Shown here piece after piece: positions 58,598 to 64,000 of a stretch of DNA of 64,000 nucleotides (position 1 is the stretch's first letter; every line of letters starts with the position of its first letter). The stretch covers positions 82,522,001 to 82,586,000 of the forward strand of contig OZ024747.1 in the NCBI GenBank assembly GCA_964016885.1, read 5' to 3'. Origin of the DNA: Eledone cirrhosa (taxonomy: Eukaryota). The translations under genes and the position numbers were made by a program. The notes below the pieces were generated by a model. It worked only from the letters and a program-made list of their open reading frames with translations, did no database searches and was not told the DNA's origin.

Positions 58598-60231
58598 CGA
58601 AAAATCGAAAAATATTGCATTTCTTACGACTGTAAGCTAGAGCTGACTCGTAAAATACCTGCTGTAGAGAATCGGTTAGATATTGGCGTTGTTTCTTGGT
58701 TGATTCCATTTTTGTTTTGTTTGAGGAGGGGAGTGCTAAAGACATATATGGTCCCATATAAGATATAGTTATGAATAATGATTTCTAAGTTAAGCACAGG
58801 GTCATCGATTTGTGGGGAAGAGAAAGTCGATTATATCAACCCTAGTACTTGACTAGTTCTTATTGTATCCACCTCGGAAGAACGAAAGACAGAGTTGACC
58901 TCAATAGAACTTGGCTATATATAATAAAAATACATTTAGTCTCGCTGTAGTTTAAACTGTGATTATATTACTGCTACGGTGTAAGAGTACTGTATATATG
59001 TATTTCAGAGTTATTATGCATCCTAATCTGTCGCTTGCTTTGCTTACGTCTAAATATTGAGGCATGAAATATATTAAAATCATATAAATCTGTAAACAAA
59101 CTAAATTTGTTGAAAGCTATTTGCCTATAATTCAAGCTTGATTAACGGGTATTAATATAGTTTACATCTTTTTTAACAATGAATATTTCTTTAATAAAAT
59201 AGTGAATAACTACATGAATGAATGACTATAAACGCAATTAAAAAACACTATAAATATTTTAAAACGGAAAAGCAAGGGCTCTAGGATCACAGAAGACTGA
59301 GAACGGGATGAGAGAGGGTGTTGGGCTCTGGGGCGTGGCGGTGTTGGGGCTGCGCCTCACAGACAAGACCAGCACTAGACACTGTGATTCAGAATAAAAT
59401 TCTATACAGACCCATATACAATATCTTTATGCATATCAAAAATTAATTTAGTCACGGTATGAGTATTTTAAATTGTGATCATATCGCAGTTACCTCGCTA
59501 TGGGTCCCGTATATATGCATGTAGTCAAAGTTTGTAAGTAAACGACTAATGATAAATTATATATCTGATCACAGCTTAAAAAAATATTCCCAATGAGATT
59601 AAATATATATTTATTATACATAAAAATATTTTATATTCCGAATCACGCTATGTTGGTACTATCGGTAATTCATTGATCTTTTTTTCTCCAGATCAAATTT
59701 TACCAGGGAGTTCCACACGTTATGTGTATATTATACATAAACCAAAAGTCAAAGTGAAAATTTCTTGCAAATCATACGACCACACAGGGGTTTTCTCGTA
59801 GCTCGGCAAGTTATTTAGTCCCGTGGCAATCTTAATCCAGCAGAACTATGATTAAAACTGCTTCAGTCGCGATCACCACCACTCGCCACAACCTCCTTTA
59901 CTTTTCTGACATAATATGGCTATTGCTATATTTTCAAAAAACGCCCTTTCTGTTTTCAAGGTTATAAAGTGCATTTTGAGAAACCTCTTTAGAAAATCGC
60001 TAGACATTGACTAGATGGGTTATAACAGCTGATAAAGTTGATACATAATTCCAACGGTATTAGTGTTAAACAAAGCAAGATGAATCTTCTCTATCTGGAA
60101 TGATATTCAGAAACATTCTATCCAGGAATGATGCATAGAAACTATTCCATCTATAACTACCGTAGTTAAATTAACTAAGAGAAGTAACATGGAAAAAGAA
60201 AGAGAGATGGAAAGAGGCGAGTTGTGTGTGG

Positions 60232-60308
<77 letters not shown>

Positions 60309-60621
60309 GGTTTCAGCTACTGCAACAAGTGTGAACACTTGAAGCAATATTTGATACACTTGGTGATTTCGATGTTTCTGCAGTACAGTTGGACAATGAT
60401 GAGAAACAAACTTTTAATTCTAGTGAGAAATCGTATAGATTATTTTTTGTAGTTGAGTAGTTCTAGCGAATGTTCATATTTGAGAAAGATGAGAATACTT
60501 GTAAAAATATCCTTCGTCGGTGGAATGTGACTTTACCCCTTGTAATATCATGAAGCATTTTCCCTTGTATCTATATTATAATATATATATATATATATAT
60601 ATTATAATATAGATACAAGGG

Positions 60622-60659
<38 letters not shown>

Positions 60660-60663
<4 letters not shown>

Positions 60664-60847
60664 AACAAGTAAGACCCCGACGGCTGAGCTCAAGCCGTTT
60701 CGACGGCTAATTCAGAATTAGCCGTCGAAACGGCTTGAGCTCAGCCGTCGGGGTCTTACTTGTTCCTATTACCCACTCTACTACCCTAAGTATTGAGTAC
60801 TTTGGTGCGTTATGGTCCACCTGGTTCCTTACCACATTTCCTTCGTT
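60660..60847. mobile_element. Fold-back PLE-type insertion with perfect 54-bp arms
   Basis: Palindrome centred on 60714 with 1-nt loop; about 78-nt right extension; (TA)n on both sides. Confidence 0.8.
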
Positions 60848-60867
60848 ATATATATATATATATATAT

Positions 60868-61341
60868 CGTTTCTGAATTTGTTTAGCCAGATTCTTTATC
60901 TGAAAACGTATGTTGAAACCGATATTGTTATGCTTTGGTAGGGTCTTGTTGCCAATCAGAAACACACGCACCAGATGCTTTCACTTCAATTTATTATAAA
61001 TTAAATTTATAAATTTAAGAATTTGTAAATTTCCGGTTGGTTAGTTGGTTGCATAACCGGACGGTTGTTCATATATTGTCAAAGTTCTTTCGTGACACAT
61101 TCTGTGACCTCTTCAGTGACTGGGGATTCTTTTCTTTATTTTGTGCTTCTCCTTTGTTCTGTCCTACGCCATCTTGTTTATGGCGTAGGACAGAACAAAG
61201 GAGAGGTTATGGAACCAACTAACCAACCGGAAATTTATAAATTCTTAAATTTATAAATTTTATTTATAATAAATTGGAGTGAAAGCAACTGGTGCGTGTG
61301 TTTCTGATTGGCAACATGACCCTCCCAAAGCATAACAATAT
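60868..61341. mobile_element. Fold-back PLE 3'-UTR insertion
   Basis: Long minus arm 60868-61172 with tail; plus arm 61180-61341 with internal deletion; same family as 52793-53237. Confidence 0.82.
61078..61120 (-). ncRNA. Hammerhead ribozyme motif
   Basis: GTCA-CTGAAGA-GGTCACA-GAA-TGTGTCAC-GAA-AG-AA-CT-T-TGAC. Confidence 0.7.
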
Positions 61342-62599
61342 ATATATATATATGCATGAGTGTGGGGGCGTGTGAGGGGGGGGGGGTGAAATTTGTGCCA
61401 AAATAAGTAGTTGGGAAGATCGAGTAAAGGCGAGAAGCGATCAACTATTATTTATCATGGTCGATTATTATTATGGTTGGGACGCACACATTTCAAATAT
61501 CAAATTTTCTCTACGCTTTATAAGTCAAACACTTTGCTTACACACACATACATACATACACACATGCATACATGCACACATACATGCATACACACATACA
61601 CACATGCATACACACATACACACATACATAGATACATGCATACATATATACATGCATGCATACATACACACACATACATACACACACACACATACATACA
61701 TACATACATACATACATACATACATACATACATACATACATACATACATACATACATACACACGTTATCATAACCGCAATATAATGGATAGTGACGTATC
61801 TTTCTCTTCCATATGTCCCTTGATTTATTACTAATACGATCATTTATCCCCCTCTTTATTACTAATACGATCATTTATCACCCTCTTTGACTGTTTGAAC
61901 CATTTACATTATTATTTATCGATCCAGAACATCACAAGCTCTCTCTCACATTTTACTGTTTTACCCAGAGTCAGTAAGTTCGATGAGTACATTTACTGAA
62001 TACAATGTTCTTAATAGAAAAAAAAGGCGTAGTTCTTTATGATTTGTTCTAGAACAATATCGAACATACATTCAATGTGAAATCGAAACTCAATTACAGA
62101 CTGCGGCCCTTGTAACAAAATATTATATCAAGAAATTCGATTTAACTCTACTACTTCTTTCCCTTTTTTACAGACTATGGAAAGATTATTACTTTTCAGT
62201 TTAAATCTTATTGTTTTCTATCCATGTACTGCTAAAACTGTACAACGTCTACTGACCGATACAAAGCTTTGCTTCAAGTGTTCATAAAGATGTTATCTTT
62301 CAGAACATATGATATCGATCATCGGATATTATTTAGTTGGAGGCGAATGAATGGCACCGATGATTTATAAAGGTCCTGTGGGATTGGTAACCTCAATACA
62401 GCTGATGAACGGATTAAAAAACACGAACAGTCAAGGATTTCCAGAAAGTTCCAGTTTTGCTTTAAAAAAAGAAACACGGAATGTGTTTAAATTTAGGATT
62501 AGAACATTAGACATTAATGCATAACACGAGGAAAATGCCCGTGTCTACTGGATAAATTTGGACGATGGTAGTAGATAATATAAGCGACGAAATCTCAGA

Positions 62600-62750
62600 G
62601 CCGTTGTTAGAACATCAGATAGAATACTTAGCGGTATTTCTGCCGGCTTTCTGTGATTTATGTTCAAATCCTGCCGAGGTCAACTTTGTCTTTCATCCTT
62701 TTGAGGTCGATACAAAATGAAATGTTCCAATCAAGTACTGGGAACGATTA
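62600..62750 (+). mobile_element. Degenerate SINE
   Basis: GTTCAAATCCTGCCGAGGTCAACTTTGTCTTTCATCCTTTTGAGGTCGATA; similar relics near 16150-16295, 42120-42250 and 58780-58910. Confidence 0.7.
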
Positions 62751-64000
62751 TTCCTGTATATCTCTTCCTTACTTCCCCCTCTATCACTCTTTCCTTCTCT
62801 AGAAGAAATCCACGATCCCTCATCAACCCGAAGCATCTAGAAAACAAGGCAATAAATACTAATAACTAAATAAAAGACCAAACAGTCATGTTTCAGTTAT
62901 AGTCTTCAAAACCTCTATTCATGGAATCGGTGAAGATATTCGTCAGTTTAGGAATGATCTATTTTTAAGCAGACGATTCTATTCTCTACCCCTACACTAG
63001 TTTTTGGAAACAATTAGCACTTTCTCTTCTCATATTCTTTTAAATATAAATACTAGGCGTGAATACCAGCATTATAACACCAATGGCAAAATAGAATTTT
63101 TTCGTGACTTTTCACTTTTTAAGGAAATGATCTTCACAGTATATTATCGATTTAACGATTGAATGTATATTCATATATGTGTGTATATATGTGTGTATGA
63201 ATGTATGTGTGTATATATGAATGTGTGTATGCATGCACGTGTGTGCATGTGTGTGTGTGCATGTGCGTGTGTGTGCATGTATGTGTGTATGTATGTATGT
63301 TGTTTGTATGTATGTATGTTTGTTGTATGTATGTATATGTGTTGTATGTATATATGTTGTATGTATGTATGTTGTATGTATATATATATGTTGTATGTAT
63401 GTATATGTGTTGTATGAATGCATGCAGGTAAGTACTATGCTATGTGTGTATATGTGTATTTGTCTATGTATGTATGTAGCGTTGTGTAGGCGTTTAAATG
63501 TACGAACAAGAAAAACAGTATTGACATCAATATATATCAGGGAGTTACCCATAATTCCTTAGCTATATATGTGTGTGTGTATGTGTGTATGTGTGTATGT
63601 GTGTGTGTAAATTATTTTGATGTTTAATCTAAACGTAGTATAAATACCATAGCAAAATTAAGATTATATAACCAGAGCATAAGTATTTAGTTATAAAACT
63701 TATGACAATCAAAGCGTTTATGGAAACATTTTATATACTTATTTATAACCCTTTTATATACACTCACAACCATATATATATATATATATGTGTGTGTGTA
63801 TGTGTGTCTGTGTGTGTGTGTCTGTGTGTGTGTGTATGTGTGTGTGTGTATGTGTGTGTGTGTCTGTGTGTGGAGGTTATAGTTGTTTGAACACGTCGTT
63901 CTATAACAAAAGAAGGAGTCCTCAATATTATGAAAACAGGTAAATATTCAATATTGATGTTGAATCAGTCAAACGATGATACTGTAATCTAGCATTCATA

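Overview
AT-rich eukaryotic non-genic DNA with a very high microsatellite load. It is most likely cephalopod (octopus-like), inferred from the SINE families and repeat content. No host protein-coding exon was recognised, and almost all track ORFs are microsatellite artefacts. The window holds about 15 tRNA-derived SINE copies, LINE fragments (RTE-, CR1-, Tx1/L1- and R4-like), DNA-transposon relics and several minisatellites. The main signal is a Penelope-like element (PLE) system. One 5'-truncated RT + GIY-YIG element (30181-33581) has an inverted 3' copy, and about ten short PLE-type 3'-end insertions from several unrelated sequence families sit in (TA)n tracts. These insertions carry type I hammerhead ribozyme (HHR) motifs with covarying stems. 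They repeatedly form outward-facing fold-back palindromes with one short arm and one long, tailed arm, and they often turn back inside the ribozyme. The PLE ORF has one in-frame TGA at an expected Cys position (selenocysteine candidate, no SECIS seen) and one frameshift in a C10A8 run. All structures were read by eye; no database search or folding computation was run.
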